A DNA stretch of 20,000 bases from an uncultured virus (IMG/VR IMGVR_UViG_2061766007_000468) (lineage: Duplodnaviria; Heunggongvirae; Uroviricota; Caudoviricetes): the IMG/VR virus record IMGVR_UViG_2061766007_000468; one strand, 5' to 3'. Made by a program: the position numbers and the translations under genes. Shown piece by piece: positions 9,157 through 17,564 of this stretch. The notes under the pieces are model-generated. The model did no database searches. It was given only the letters and a program-made list of their open reading frames with translations, and was not told the origin of the DNA. Position 1 is the first letter of the stretch; every line of letters begins with the position of its first letter.

Positions 9157-9318
9157 TTACAGTGACTTGACCTTGTCGACGACCTTCAAGAAGTCGTCGT
9201 AGCCTTCCTCACCGTAGCTCTGAGTAGCCATTTCGTGGGTGTGGCTCTTGAAATAGTCCTTGAGCCACTTGGCCTCGCCGTCGGTGAGGGTCAATGTTTT
9301 TTCGTTCTGTGTAGCCAT
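9157..9318 (-). CDS. Small hypothetical protein (MATQNEK...), similar to the C-terminus of 3513-3920
   Basis: AAGGAG RBS; TLTLTDGEAKWLKDYFKSH vs TLVLTAREASWLKKFFQNH. Confidence 0.75.
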   Translation of the reverse strand: MATQNEKTLTLTDGEAKWLKDYFKSHTHEMATQSYGEEGYDDFLKVVDKVKSL

Positions 9319-9320
9319 AG

Positions 9321-9590
9321 TTAAATCTCCTTCAGATGGATAGAGCGTTCCTTGCCAGACCACCACGTCAGTCCAGCGACGTAGATGTAGCCGCCGTAAG
9401 AAAACTTGTTTCTGACGACTTCGACGATGGATTCCTTGGCGGCCTCGACTTCCTCTTGGGTCATCTTGTTCCAGCCAGCCTTGGTTTCCGGCAGCTTGAC
9501 CTTCTGCCTGGTTTCATCAGACACGTTGAATGCGCTGACACGGTCGGTATGACCGTTAAATTCTCCGTTGACTTGTACTCTGTAGGGCAT
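9321..9590 (-). CDS. Hypothetical protein (MPYRVQV...)
   Basis: RBS and repeat 9634 upstream; its 3' end carries the RBS of the next gene. Confidence 0.8.
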   Translation of the reverse strand: MPYRVQVNGEFNGHTDRVSAFNVSDETRQKVKLPETKAGWNKMTQEEVEAAKESIVEVVRNKFSYGGYIYVAGLTWWSGKERSIHLKEI

Positions 9591-9657
9591 CGTTAATCTC
9601 CTTGGTTTGTGTAGAAGAAATGACCCGGCAGGGCAGCCCCGCCGGGTGTTGGTCAGT

Positions 9658-10056
9658 TTAGGCAAGTGTATCTAGCGTGTCTTTCCACTCATTCCACACG
9701 CGGTTAGCTTGCTGATTAAGATAATCAACCTCGGACTGAACTCCGCTAAGCTCAATGTCGGTAGCATCAGCCTCTCCGTCCTCATAGTAGGGGAATAGCC
9801 AGTCAATGTCAAAGTCGCACTGCATGGCGGAGTTGGCTGGCTGGTAGGCTATCTTACCACAGATACGCCACGACTTGTCAGCGTTGGGAGTTCCCTCTGG
9901 TGCTTCGTCAAAGCCGTCAAGCCAGCCTACAACGATACACAGTTTGCGACCGCCTTCCGTTGTATTGATAAGGTGATGACAGCAACCGCACTTGTTCCGA
10001 TTGAGAAAATCGATGTCATCTTTAAGGTCTGCAAGGGTAATAATTTCTTTTGCCAT
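9658..10056 (-). CDS. Hypothetical acidic protein, 132 aa
   Basis: ORF between repeat copies 10106 and 9634. Confidence 0.85.
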   Translation of the reverse strand: MAKEIITLADLKDDIDFLNRNKCGCCHHLINTTEGGRKLCIVVGWLDGFDEAPEGTPNADKSWRICGKIAYQPANSAMQCDFDIDWLFPYYEDGEADATDIELSGVQSEVDYLNQQANRVWNEWKDTLDTLA

Positions 10057-10139
10057 ACGGGCTCCTTGGTTGATTGGTTTGTGTAGAAGAAATGACCCGG
10101 CAGGGCAGTCCCGCCGGGAATGAATCAGTTTTCCGCCGC

Positions 10140-10523
10140 TTAATCGTTCAAGAAACCTCCGTCATTGTAGAACTCGACTTCGACCTCTGGATCCGGCTTG
10201 ATACGGAACCCGTTTGCCTCCATGATCGAAGTAGGGATATGTGCGACAGACCTGGCTGGGAAACGTCCAATGGCATATTCCAGTTCGTCTCCGTCGCTTT
10301 CATCGTACTCATATCCATAGCCGTACATGTTGATTTCATCGGCAAGATCGTCCTTGTCCTCGTGGAACCAATCGGACACGGCCTTACGGATTCGCTTGTA
10401 AAATTCTTGCTCGATGTCATCCGAGCTGCTTTCTTCCATGTCGATTATGAAATCGTTGGAATAGTCGTATGAGTGATCGCCATCAGAGTCCTTGATTGCA
10501 AATCTTACTGTGTACTGTGCCAT
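10140..10523 (-). CDS. Highly acidic hypothetical protein (MAQYTVRF...)
   Basis: RBS AACCAAGGAG; very D/E-rich. Confidence 0.85.
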   Translation of the reverse strand: MAQYTVRFAIKDSDGDHSYDYSNDFIIDMEESSSDDIEQEFYKRIRKAVSDWFHEDKDDLADEINMYGYGYEYDESDGDELEYAIGRFPARSVAHIPTSIMEANGFRIKPDPEVEVEFYNDGGFLND

Positions 10524-10668
10524 GATTGTCTCCTTGGTTGAATGGTTGTATAANNNNNNNNNNGGAACTCGCACTTCATTTTCTGGCCGAACACGAACGG
10601 CTGCTTCTTACCGATGAACAGCGGATAGCACTGGCCGTCGGTGCCTTGGCGTACTAANNNNNNNNNNT

Positions 10669-10776
10669 GAACTCGCACTTCATCTTCTGGCCGAACACGA
10701 ACGGCTGCTTCTTGCCGATGAACAGCGGATAGCACTGGCCGTCGGTGCCTTGGCGTACTAACTTGTAGACTTTCAT
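10669..10776 (-). CDS. Phage hypothetical protein N-terminus (MKVYKLVRQGTDGQCYPLFIG...), allelic copy at 10564-10657
   Basis: CAGGAG RBS inside the upstream gene end; truncated by gaps. Confidence 0.7.
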
Positions 10777-10778
10777 AG

Positions 10779-11064
10779 TTACTCCTGGGTTTCTGGTGCA
10801 GCGACGCCTTCTTCGGCGTAGCCTGTATCAATCATATCAATATTCAGCTGGATACCGAAAAACTCGCCGTCGTCCAGCTCGGTCATGCCTTCCGGCACGC
10901 CGTCATAGAAGGCTTCCACGTCGTTCGGTGCGATGAAGATCGATTCAGTCAGACGGTTGTGAATCAGGTGAGCGCCAATCTCGTGGAGCTTGGCCTGAAG
11001 CTGGTCGGCGATGGCCTGGACGGCCTTGATATCTTCGTCAGAAATTTTTGTGTACCAGTTTGTA
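10779..11064 (-). CDS. Allele of the MENTNWYTK protein (5' end in gap)
   Basis: Near-identical to 14986-15279. Confidence 0.8.
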
Positions 11065-11088
11065 NNNNNNNNNNTGTTAATCTCCTTT

Positions 11089-11334
11089 CTAGATACCGAG
11101 CTTCTTCTTCAGAACTCGACCGAGCGACAGTGCGACTTCGTACGAGTTCCACTTCGGATCGCCGGTAATATATACTTTATTGTGCGTGGCGACATCCCGG
11201 AAAACATCAGGAAGTAAAGCATTGACGATCTTGTCCACGGTGGGGTCGTCGGCGACAGCCTGTCGAAGATTATACACCAGCGTAGAACGGACATCTTCCG
11301 GGTCGATGAGCAGTGGTTGATTGTTGCGAGCCAT
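11089..11334 (-). CDS. Hypothetical protein, 81 aa
   Basis: RBS and repeat 11376 upstream. Confidence 0.8.
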   Translation of the reverse strand: MARNNQPLLIDPEDVRSTLVYNLRQAVADDPTVDKIVNALLPDVFRDVATHNKVYITGDPKWNSYEVALSLGRVLKKKLGI

Positions 11335-11394
11335 GTTATCTCCTTGGTTTGTATAAATAAAATAACCCGGCGAGGCAGTCCCGCCGGGTAAGCG

Positions 11395-12233
11395 TCAGTC
11401 TTCGACGTGGTGAACTTCCCAGTATTCTCTGGCGTAGTCGTCAGAATCGTCACGAGTGAACGGCGAGCCGTCGATCGGAGTGCCGGAGAAGCCAGTAGAA
11501 CATTCAGAAATAAATTCTTCTACGTCCTTGGCGCACGTCGTCTGGTAGAACTCGGCGACCTTGGTTCGACCGATATACTCGGCAATCTGTTCGTTCTTGA
11601 TAGTGATACCGCTGTCCCAGATTTCGTCGACAAATTCATCCAGAAGCTCTGCGCCGTACCACTTGGCGACCATAGCGTCACAGTCTGCCTGAGCCAGTTG
11701 CAGCTCACGCTTTTTCTTGCCGGTATAGAAGTAACCGTCCACCCAGCGTTCGGCGATAGCCTCGACGATGTCGCAGCGAGCTTCCATTCGTTCTGGATGG
11801 TCGTCACGCTCGGTTTCGTCGTCGGTTTCCATCAGAGGGCCGAAGTCCAGATTCTCCTGAAGCATACGGATCATTACCGATTCCTTCAGGTCGCGTTCCT
11901 TCTGGTTTTCTTGGCTGGGATAGACGGCATTGTCGTCGTCTTCNNNNNNNNNNTCTTGGTTCGACCGATGTACTCGGCGATACGCTCGTTCTTGATAGTG
12001 ATACCGCTGTCCCAGATTTCGTCGACAAATTCATCNNNNNNNNNNGACAGATTCCTTCAAGGCACGTTCCTTCTGGTTTTCTTGGCTGGGATAGACGGCA
12101 TTGTCGTCGTCTTCAGCCAGTTCAGGATTGTCGTTCAGGACATCTTCTTCCGTCGCCTCGTAGCCTTGGGCACAGAGAAGGCTGGTCAGNNNNNNNNNNT
12201 ACAGGACTTGATGAGTTGTTCTCTTGAAAGCAT
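11395..12233 (-). CDS. Acidic hypothetical protein (MLSREQLIKS...WEVHHVED), about 220 aa, in overlapping allelic pieces; second 5' allele at 12773-12979
   Basis: Pieces overlap at DDDNAVYPSQENQKER...MIRMLQ; the stop TGA overlaps the repeat box at 11396. Confidence 0.75.
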
Positions 12234-12235
12234 TG

Positions 12236-12478
12236 TTAATTCTCCTTTGGTTGAATGTAGGTGAAATACCAGTCCCAGAACGGGTCACCAAACGACCGCA
12301 TACATACCAGCGGCTGCGGCTTGACGATCGCGTACGCCGCCATGTAGCCATGCTCGAACTTGACCACGATTTCTTTCTTCTTGTCGTTCACTGTGATCGG
12401 AATGCGACGGACTTCGCATTCAGACTGGAGGCGCAAGATTCTTTTTTTGGTAAACAGCTTTTGAAATAACTTTTTCAT
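12236..12478 (-). CDS. Basic hypothetical protein, 80 aa (optional cassette)
   Basis: RBS and repeat 12524 upstream; absent from the allelic arrangement at 12979-13049. Confidence 0.75.
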   Translation of the reverse strand: MKKLFQKLFTKKRILRLQSECEVRRIPITVNDKKKEIVVKFEHGYMAAYAIVKPQPLVCMRSFGDPFWDWYFTYIQPKEN

Positions 12479-12547
12479 ATCAACTCCTTGGTTTGGGTGT
12501 ATAGGGAAAATAACCCGGCAGGGCAGCCCCGCCGGGTCGAGACCAGT

Positions 12548-12761
12548 CTAGTTAATGGTCAGAGTCTTTAACCGGAGCCAGTATTCCGGGCCGAAACAGT
12601 CCATAGAGAAGTAGTCGGCACCGTTGTTCAGAAGCTCCTTGGCTTCTTCACGGTCAGGCTCTTCGTCGTCCACGTTGATGACGTTAATCTCGTCAGCGTA
12701 GTCGATAGCGGCGATTGCCTTCTTCGCCAGTTCTTCCTGAGCCTTCTTGCGGTCGGCGAAC
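12548..12761 (-). CDS. 3' part of hypothetical protein (...WLRLKTLTIN); allelic end at 13049-13123
   Basis: Open frame ending next to repeat 12524. Confidence 0.75.
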
Positions 12762-13192
12762 ANNNNNNNNNNTTGAAGCATACGGATCATTACCGCTTCC
12801 TTCAGGGCGCGTTCCTTCTGGTTTTCTTGGCTGGGATAGACGGCAGTGTCGTCGTCTTCAGCCAGTTCCGGATTGTCGTTCAGTACATCTTCTTCCGTCG
12901 CCTCGTAGCCTTGGGCACAGAGAAGGCTGGTCAGATGGTTTTCTTGACAGGACTTGATGAGTTGTTCTCTTGAAAGCATTATTAATTCTCCTTTGGGTTG
13001 TATAAAGAAAATAACCCGGCGGCGCAGTCCCGCCGGGTCGAGACCAGTCTAGTTAATGGTCAGAGTCTTTAATCGGAGCCAGTATTCCGGGCCGAAACAG
13101 TCCATAGAGAAGTAGTCGGCACCNNNNNNNNNNGGTTGCGGTTGTATAAATAAAATAACCCGGCGAGGCAGTCCCGCCGGGTTGTCGCCAGT

Positions 13193-13450
13193 CTAATTGA
13201 TGGCGATCTTGACGACCTTCAGCGCAACGATCTCCCCAGCTTCGTCGTGGTGGTACGTACCGTCGGGGAAGTTGCTCTTGTCGTCGAAGTCGATGTCGGC
13301 TTCCGGGAAGGTGTCCTTCAGAATATCGACGGCGCAAGCGTCGGCGGCTGCGCTGTCGTTGAAGTCTTCGGTGATGACGTCCACCGAACCGTCGTCCGGA
13401 TGAAAGTGTGCGCCAGAAAGAATGAAACGTTCGATAGTTGCTGTTGCCAT
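13193..13450 (-). CDS. Acidic hypothetical protein, 85 aa
   Basis: ORF between repeat copies 13498 and 13169. Confidence 0.85.
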   Translation of the reverse strand: MATATIERFILSGAHFHPDDGSVDVITEDFNDSAAADACAVDILKDTFPEADIDFDDKSNFPDGTYHHDEAGEIVALKVVKIAIN

Positions 13451-13561
13451 TTTAAATCTCCTTGATTGGGTTGTATAAATAAAATAATCCGGCGAGGCAG
13501 CCCCGCCGGGTTGTCGCCAGTCTTATTCTGCGTCACCGTCTTCGTTGATGTNNNNNNNNNN

Positions 13562-13663
13562 TGAGTCTGGAATTACCACCGAGCGAGGCAGCCCACATTC
13601 CTTGAACGTGGCTCCGTCGGTATCCCACTTGATGTTGTATGCCTTTCTGATTTTCTTTGCCAT
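13562..13663 (-). CDS. Phage hypothetical protein N-terminus (MAKKIRKAYNIKWDTDG...)
   Basis: RBS and repeat 13707 upstream; truncated by gap; a gene end lies at 13523-13551. Confidence 0.7.
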
Positions 13664-13730
13664 AATTAAACTCCTTGGTTTGTGTAGGGAAAATAAAAGA
13701 ACGGTGCAGTCCCGGAGGACTGCCGCCAGT

Positions 13731-14062
13731 CTACTGGATGTTTGGTGCAGCGACGCCTTCGTCGGCGTAGCCGGAATCAATCATATCGATATCCAGCTGG
13801 ATACCGAAAAACTCGCCGTCGTCCAGCTCGGTCATGCCNNNNNNNNNNNNNNNNNNNNNNNNNNCCAGTGCGGTCATGCCTTCTGGCACGTCTTCATAGA
13901 AGGGTTCCACTTCGTTCGGTGCGATGAAGATAGATCCGGTCATACGGTTGTGAATCAGGTGAGCGCCAATCTCGTGGAGCTTGGCCTGAAGCTNNNNNNN
14001 NNNTCCTGGACGGCCTTGATATCTTCGTCAGAAATTTTTGTGTACCAGTTTGTATTTTCCAT
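13731..14062 (-). CDS. Allele of the MENTNWYTK protein with alternative C-terminus NIQ
   Basis: Near-identical to 14986-15279 except the last residues; internal gaps. Confidence 0.75.
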
Positions 14063-14131
14063 AATGAATCTCCTTGGTTTGTGTAGGGAAAATAACCCGG
14101 CAGGGCAGTCCCGCCGGGTAATAGCCAGTTC

Positions 14132-14527
14132 CTAGAAGGAAGCGAACTCGATATAGTCGCTGGTCTTATCACGAGTAACCAGCATGGACACCATAGTCGT
14201 AAGGACTTCCCTACCACGGTCAATCGAGCTGTCCCCGGCGCACTCAATGTCGTCAGCCAGATCTTCACGAGTGATGCCGTTCTCTTCCAGAATCTTGTCA
14301 AGCTCGGCTTCCAGCTTGGGGTTGTTCTTCTTTTTGACGAAGATGGCGACTGCCTTGACCGCTTGCTTATAGTCCGGCAGCCAGCAGTCGAACTCGGTGC
14401 TGTCTTCTCGCCCGGACGTGTTGCAGCCCAGATCGTCCAGAAGGGTACGGAACTGGTCGTCCTTCCAGTTGAAACCGCAGCTACCGTACTCGGCCTGACG
14501 TGCTACTACATGTACTCTGCATCCCAT
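14132..14527 (-). CDS. Hypothetical protein, 131 aa
   Basis: ORF between repeat copies 14578 and 14106. Confidence 0.85.
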   Translation of the reverse strand: MGCRVHVVARQAEYGSCGFNWKDDQFRTLLDDLGCNTSGREDSTEFDCWLPDYKQAVKAVAIFVKKKNNPKLEAELDKILEENGITREDLADDIECAGDSSIDRGREVLTTMVSMLVTRDKTSDYIEFASF

Positions 14528-14623
14528 AATTAAACTCCTTGGTTGATTGGTTGTGTAAGGGAAATGACCCGGCAGGGCAGTCCCGTAGACCGGGTGTCAG
14601 TCGTTTTGGAGGCTGCCAGCACG

Positions 14624-14646
14624 AAAAGGGCTGGTTTTCCAGCCCC
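14624..14646 (-). terminator. Intrinsic terminator
   Basis: GGGCTGG-TTTT-CCAGCCC with TTTT following on the minus strand. Confidence 0.7.
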
Positions 14647-14652
14647 TGGTAT

Positions 14653-14958
14653 TTATTTTTTCTTTTTCTTTGTCGGCTTTTTAGTCGACTTGCGGACTTT
14701 TTTCTGCTTGAATCCGTACGATTTAGCCATTATGGCGAAATCGCAGTCGTCCATGTCGATGATGACTGATGCTTCCGGAATATTCGCCATATCGTCTTCG
14801 TCGAGATACCAGTCGCAGAGATTCCCCTGCAGCTCGTCTATATCGCCGGACTCGAGATCGAACCCCAGTTCAGAAAGCTTTTCGTTGATAGCAGTCAGAG
14901 CCTTCTCGTCGGTGTCGATCGATTCGTGTTCGTGGCAGCCAGTTCCTTCGATACCGTC
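14653..14958 (-). CDS. 3' part of acidic protein with poly-Lys tail (not in ORF track)
   Basis: Manual translation ...DWYLDEDDMANIPEASVIIDMDDCDFAIMAKSYGFKQKKVRKSTKKPTKKKKK*, followed by a terminator. Confidence 0.75.
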   Translation of the reverse strand, partial: DGIEGTGCHEHESIDTDEKALTAINEKLSELGFDLESGDIDELQGNLCDWYLDEDDMANIPEASVIIDMDDCDFAIMAKSYGFKQKKVRKSTKKPTKKKKK

Positions 14959-14985
14959 NNNNNNNNNNCTTATAGACTTTCATAG

Positions 14986-15279
14986 TTACTCCTGTGGTTC
15001 GGGTGCAGCGACACCTTCGTCGGCGTAGCCGGTATCAATCATATCAATATCCAGCTGGATACCGAAAAACTCGCCGTCGTCCAGCTCGGTCATGCCTTCT
15101 GGCACGCCTTCATAGAAGGTTTCCACTTCGTTCGGAGCGATGAAGATCGATCCGGTCAGACGGTTGTGAATCAGGTGAGCGCCGATCTCGTGGAGCTTGT
15201 TCCGAAGCTGGTCGGCGATGCTCTGGACGGCTTTGATATCTTCGTCAGAAATTTTTGTGTACCAGTTTGTATTTTCCAT
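14986..15279 (-). CDS. Hypothetical protein MENTNWYTK..., 97 aa
   Basis: Complete ORF with RBS, three allelic copies in the window. Confidence 0.85.
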   Translation of the reverse strand: MENTNWYTKISDEDIKAVQSIADQLRNKLHEIGAHLIHNRLTGSIFIAPNEVETFYEGVPEGMTELDDGEFFGIQLDIDMIDTGYADEGVAAPEPQE

Positions 15280-15340
15280 AAATAACTCCTTGGTTTGTGT
15301 AGAATGAATAATCCGGCGAGGCAGTCCCGCCAGTCCAGTG

Positions 15341-15979
15341 CTATTCTACTGGTCTCGTGGCTACCGTGATTTCGTCCACATGAACCCACGACTGCCTGTG
15401 TGTATCGTGGTACTTCACAATGGCTTTGGCTATAATGTTCTCGCCGATGGCAGCCGATACGATGAACATGCCGTCCGTGTCGAACTGATTAAATTTGCAC
15501 TTACTCACTAAGCAGAACTTGTCGAGTTCGGCACGAATGTGGCCTTCGACCTTGTCCATGAGAGCTTTCTTCTCGGCGTCCGATCCGACAATATGCTCCA
15601 TGCTGTCGCACAGTTCGGCCTTGATCGTCTCGTGGGCTTGCTGGATCTGCTTGAGCGTGTCGAGGTAGGTCTGGCACTGGCGAATCACGATCTGGACGAC
15701 GTTCTCGGCCTTCTCGCTGTCGGTCTCGCCAGTCGGCTTGATCTGGAACTGGGCAGTGTCGTACTTGTTCGTGCCAGCTTGGGTCATGAGACTGGCGAAA
15801 ATGTGGTCAGGGAACGGGAACAGTTCGACGCTGAACTCGCGATCTTCGAGCTTGACCTTGAACTGGATGCCTTCTGCCGTGGTGTCGGTCTCGCCGAGCT
15901 TGACGCAGCGAGAGGTTTCTGGAAAGCGGAACTCGGTCGCGACTATGTAGGCAAGATACTGGTCTGTTGTAAATTTCAT
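15341..15979 (-). CDS. Hypothetical protein (MKFTTDQY...), about 212 aa; diverged fragment at 16505-16607
   Basis: ORF between repeat copies 16022 and 15322. Confidence 0.85.
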   Translation of the reverse strand: MKFTTDQYLAYIVATEFRFPETSRCVKLGETDTTAEGIQFKVKLEDREFSVELFPFPDHIFASLMTQAGTNKYDTAQFQIKPTGETDSEKAENVVQIVIRQCQTYLDTLKQIQQAHETIKAELCDSMEHIVGSDAEKKALMDKVEGHIRAELDKFCLVSKCKFNQFDTDGMFIVSAAIGENIIAKAIVKYHDTHRQSWVHVDEITVATRPVE

Positions 15980-16066
15980 GTTCAACTCCTTGGTTGGTAT
16001 AAATAAAATAATCCGGCGAGGCAGCCCCGCCAGTCACGAGCCAGTAGCACGGTGGCTTACAGACGT

Positions 16067-16097
16067 AAAAGGGGAACTGGCCGGAGCCAGCTCCCTT
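16067..16097 (-). terminator. Intrinsic terminator
   Basis: Imperfect AAGGGGAACTGGC-CGGA-GCCAGCTCCCTT stem with T-run on the minus strand. Confidence 0.65.
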
Positions 16098-16123
16098 GGA
16101 GCTATCTTCATGAAGAATACAGA

Positions 16124-16494
16124 TTAAGATTTTTTGTTTAAGAAGTCCTTAAACACCGTTCCGGTGATGTTCCATGTGTGGTAATGGTTTTCGCAGTCCG
16201 GAGTCTTTACCGTATAGCCGAAAGCGAAGTCAGACTCCTTGAGGTCGAGTTCCATATCGACATCCGCATCCGGATCTTGGCCGAAGAAATCTTCCATGAC
16301 GGATTCGTAGTTACGGTTGACCCAGTCAACCGCGTCTTGCTTGCTGGTAAACGTCGCAGAACATGTGTCCAGCTTATTATCCCAGCCGTTGAACTCGGAG
16401 CTGCTGACCGTCCAGATAGTCAGATCCGTAGGCTCTTCTTGTACGATTTCCAGCTGGATGGTGTCAGAGAGCAGATTGCTCCACGGCGTATCCA
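16124..16494 (-). CDS. 3' part of acidic hypothetical protein (not in ORF track)
   Basis: Manual translation DTPWSNLLSD...FTSKQDAVDWVNRNY...VFKDFLNKKS*, followed by a terminator. Confidence 0.75.
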
Positions 16495-17111
16495 NNNNNN
16501 NNNNTGCCAGCTTGGGTCAAGATGCTGACGTGGATGTGGTCAGGGAACGGGAACAGTCCGACTTTGAACTCGCGGCCTTCAAGAGTGACCTTGAACTCGA
16601 TGCCTTCNNNNNNNNNNNNNNNNNNNNNNNNNNNNNNNNNNNNNNNNNNNNNNNNNNNNNNNNNNNNNNNNNNNNNNNNNNNNNNNNNNNNNNNNNNNNN
16701 NNNNNNNNNNNNNNNNNNNNNNNNNNNNNNNNNNNNNNNNNNNNNNNNNNNNNNNNNNNNNNNNNNNNNNNNNNNNNNNNNNNNNNNNNNNNNNNNNNNN
16801 NNNNNNNNNNNNNNNNNNNNNNNNNNNNNNNNNNNNNNNNNNNNNNNNNNNNNNNNNNNNNNNNNNNNNNNNNNNNNNNNNNNNNNNNNNNNNNNNNNNN
16901 NNNNNNNNNNNNNNNNNNNNNNNNNNNNNNNNNNNNNNNNNNNNNNNNNNNNNNNNNNNNNNNNNNNNNNNNNNNNNNNNNNNNNNNNNNNNNNNNNNNN
17001 NNNNNNNNNNNNNNNNNNNNNNNNNNNNNNNNNNNNNNNNNNNNNNNNNNNNNNNNNNNNNNNNNNNNNNNNNNNNNNNNNNNNNNNNNNNNNNNNNNNN
17101 NNNNNNNNNNN

Positions 17112-17201
17112 AGTTGCATCGCGGTATTCGACGCCGGATATTTCGCCAGCACGGTCGTCCGTACCGCCACGCATACGATAGGTCTTAATTACTTCTGTCA
17201 T
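17112..17201 (-). CDS. 5' end of hypothetical protein (MTEVIKTYRM...)
   Basis: RBS and repeat 17249 upstream; rest in gap. Confidence 0.65.
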
Positions 17202-17289
17202 TTTAAACTCCTTGGTTGAGGTTGTATAAAGAAAATAACCCAGTAGGGCAGCCCCGCCAGATCTGCGCCAGTCGGTAGAGTAGTGAGGC

Positions 17290-17321
17290 AAAATAAAGGG
17301 GATCCATCGCTGGATTCCCTT
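17290..17321 (-). terminator. Intrinsic terminator
   Basis: AAGGGGATCCA-TCGC-TGGATTCCCTT followed by TATTTT on the minus strand. Confidence 0.7.
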
Positions 17322-17340
17322 GTTCAACCAGGAGTAAAAA

Positions 17341-17520
17341 TTATTTTTTCGGACGTCTGCCGCGTTTGAGCGTGACCTTTAGCGGCTGAACCTTCTTATC
17401 CGTCTTTGGCGGTCTTCCGCGTTTCGTCGGCTGCGTCAGGAGACTGGCCTTGTGCTGCTTGAGGGCGGCAGCCTTGTCCTTGGTGGACAGTTCGTTCCAT
17501 TCGGCGTCGAGCTGTGCGGC
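17341..17520 (-). CDS. 3' part of protein with AT-hook-like motifs (not in ORF track)
   Basis: Manual translation ...QPTKRGRPPKTDKKVQPLKVTLKRGRRPKK*. Confidence 0.7.
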   Translation of the reverse strand, partial: AAQLDAEWNELSTKDKAAALKQHKASLLTQPTKRGRPPKTDKKVQPLKVTLKRGRRPKK

Positions 17521-17564
17521 NNNNNNNNNNGTGGGTCAGCCCCGCTGGGTCACGTCCAGTCCGG

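Noticed and set aside
3470..16045. CRISPR array
   Set aside because: Repeats are degenerate and separated by whole genes of hundreds of bp, not 30-40 bp spacers; no cas genes seen
3470..16045. Classical integron attC array
   Set aside because: No RYYYAAC/GTTRRRY core pairs, stems much shorter than attC, and no intI in the window; kept only as an analogy
3522..16528. Long plus-strand ORFs (e.g. 4128-4787, 8265-8786, 11407-12264, 15539-16006)
   Set aside because: Antisense shadows of RBS-supported minus-strand genes, with no RBS of their own
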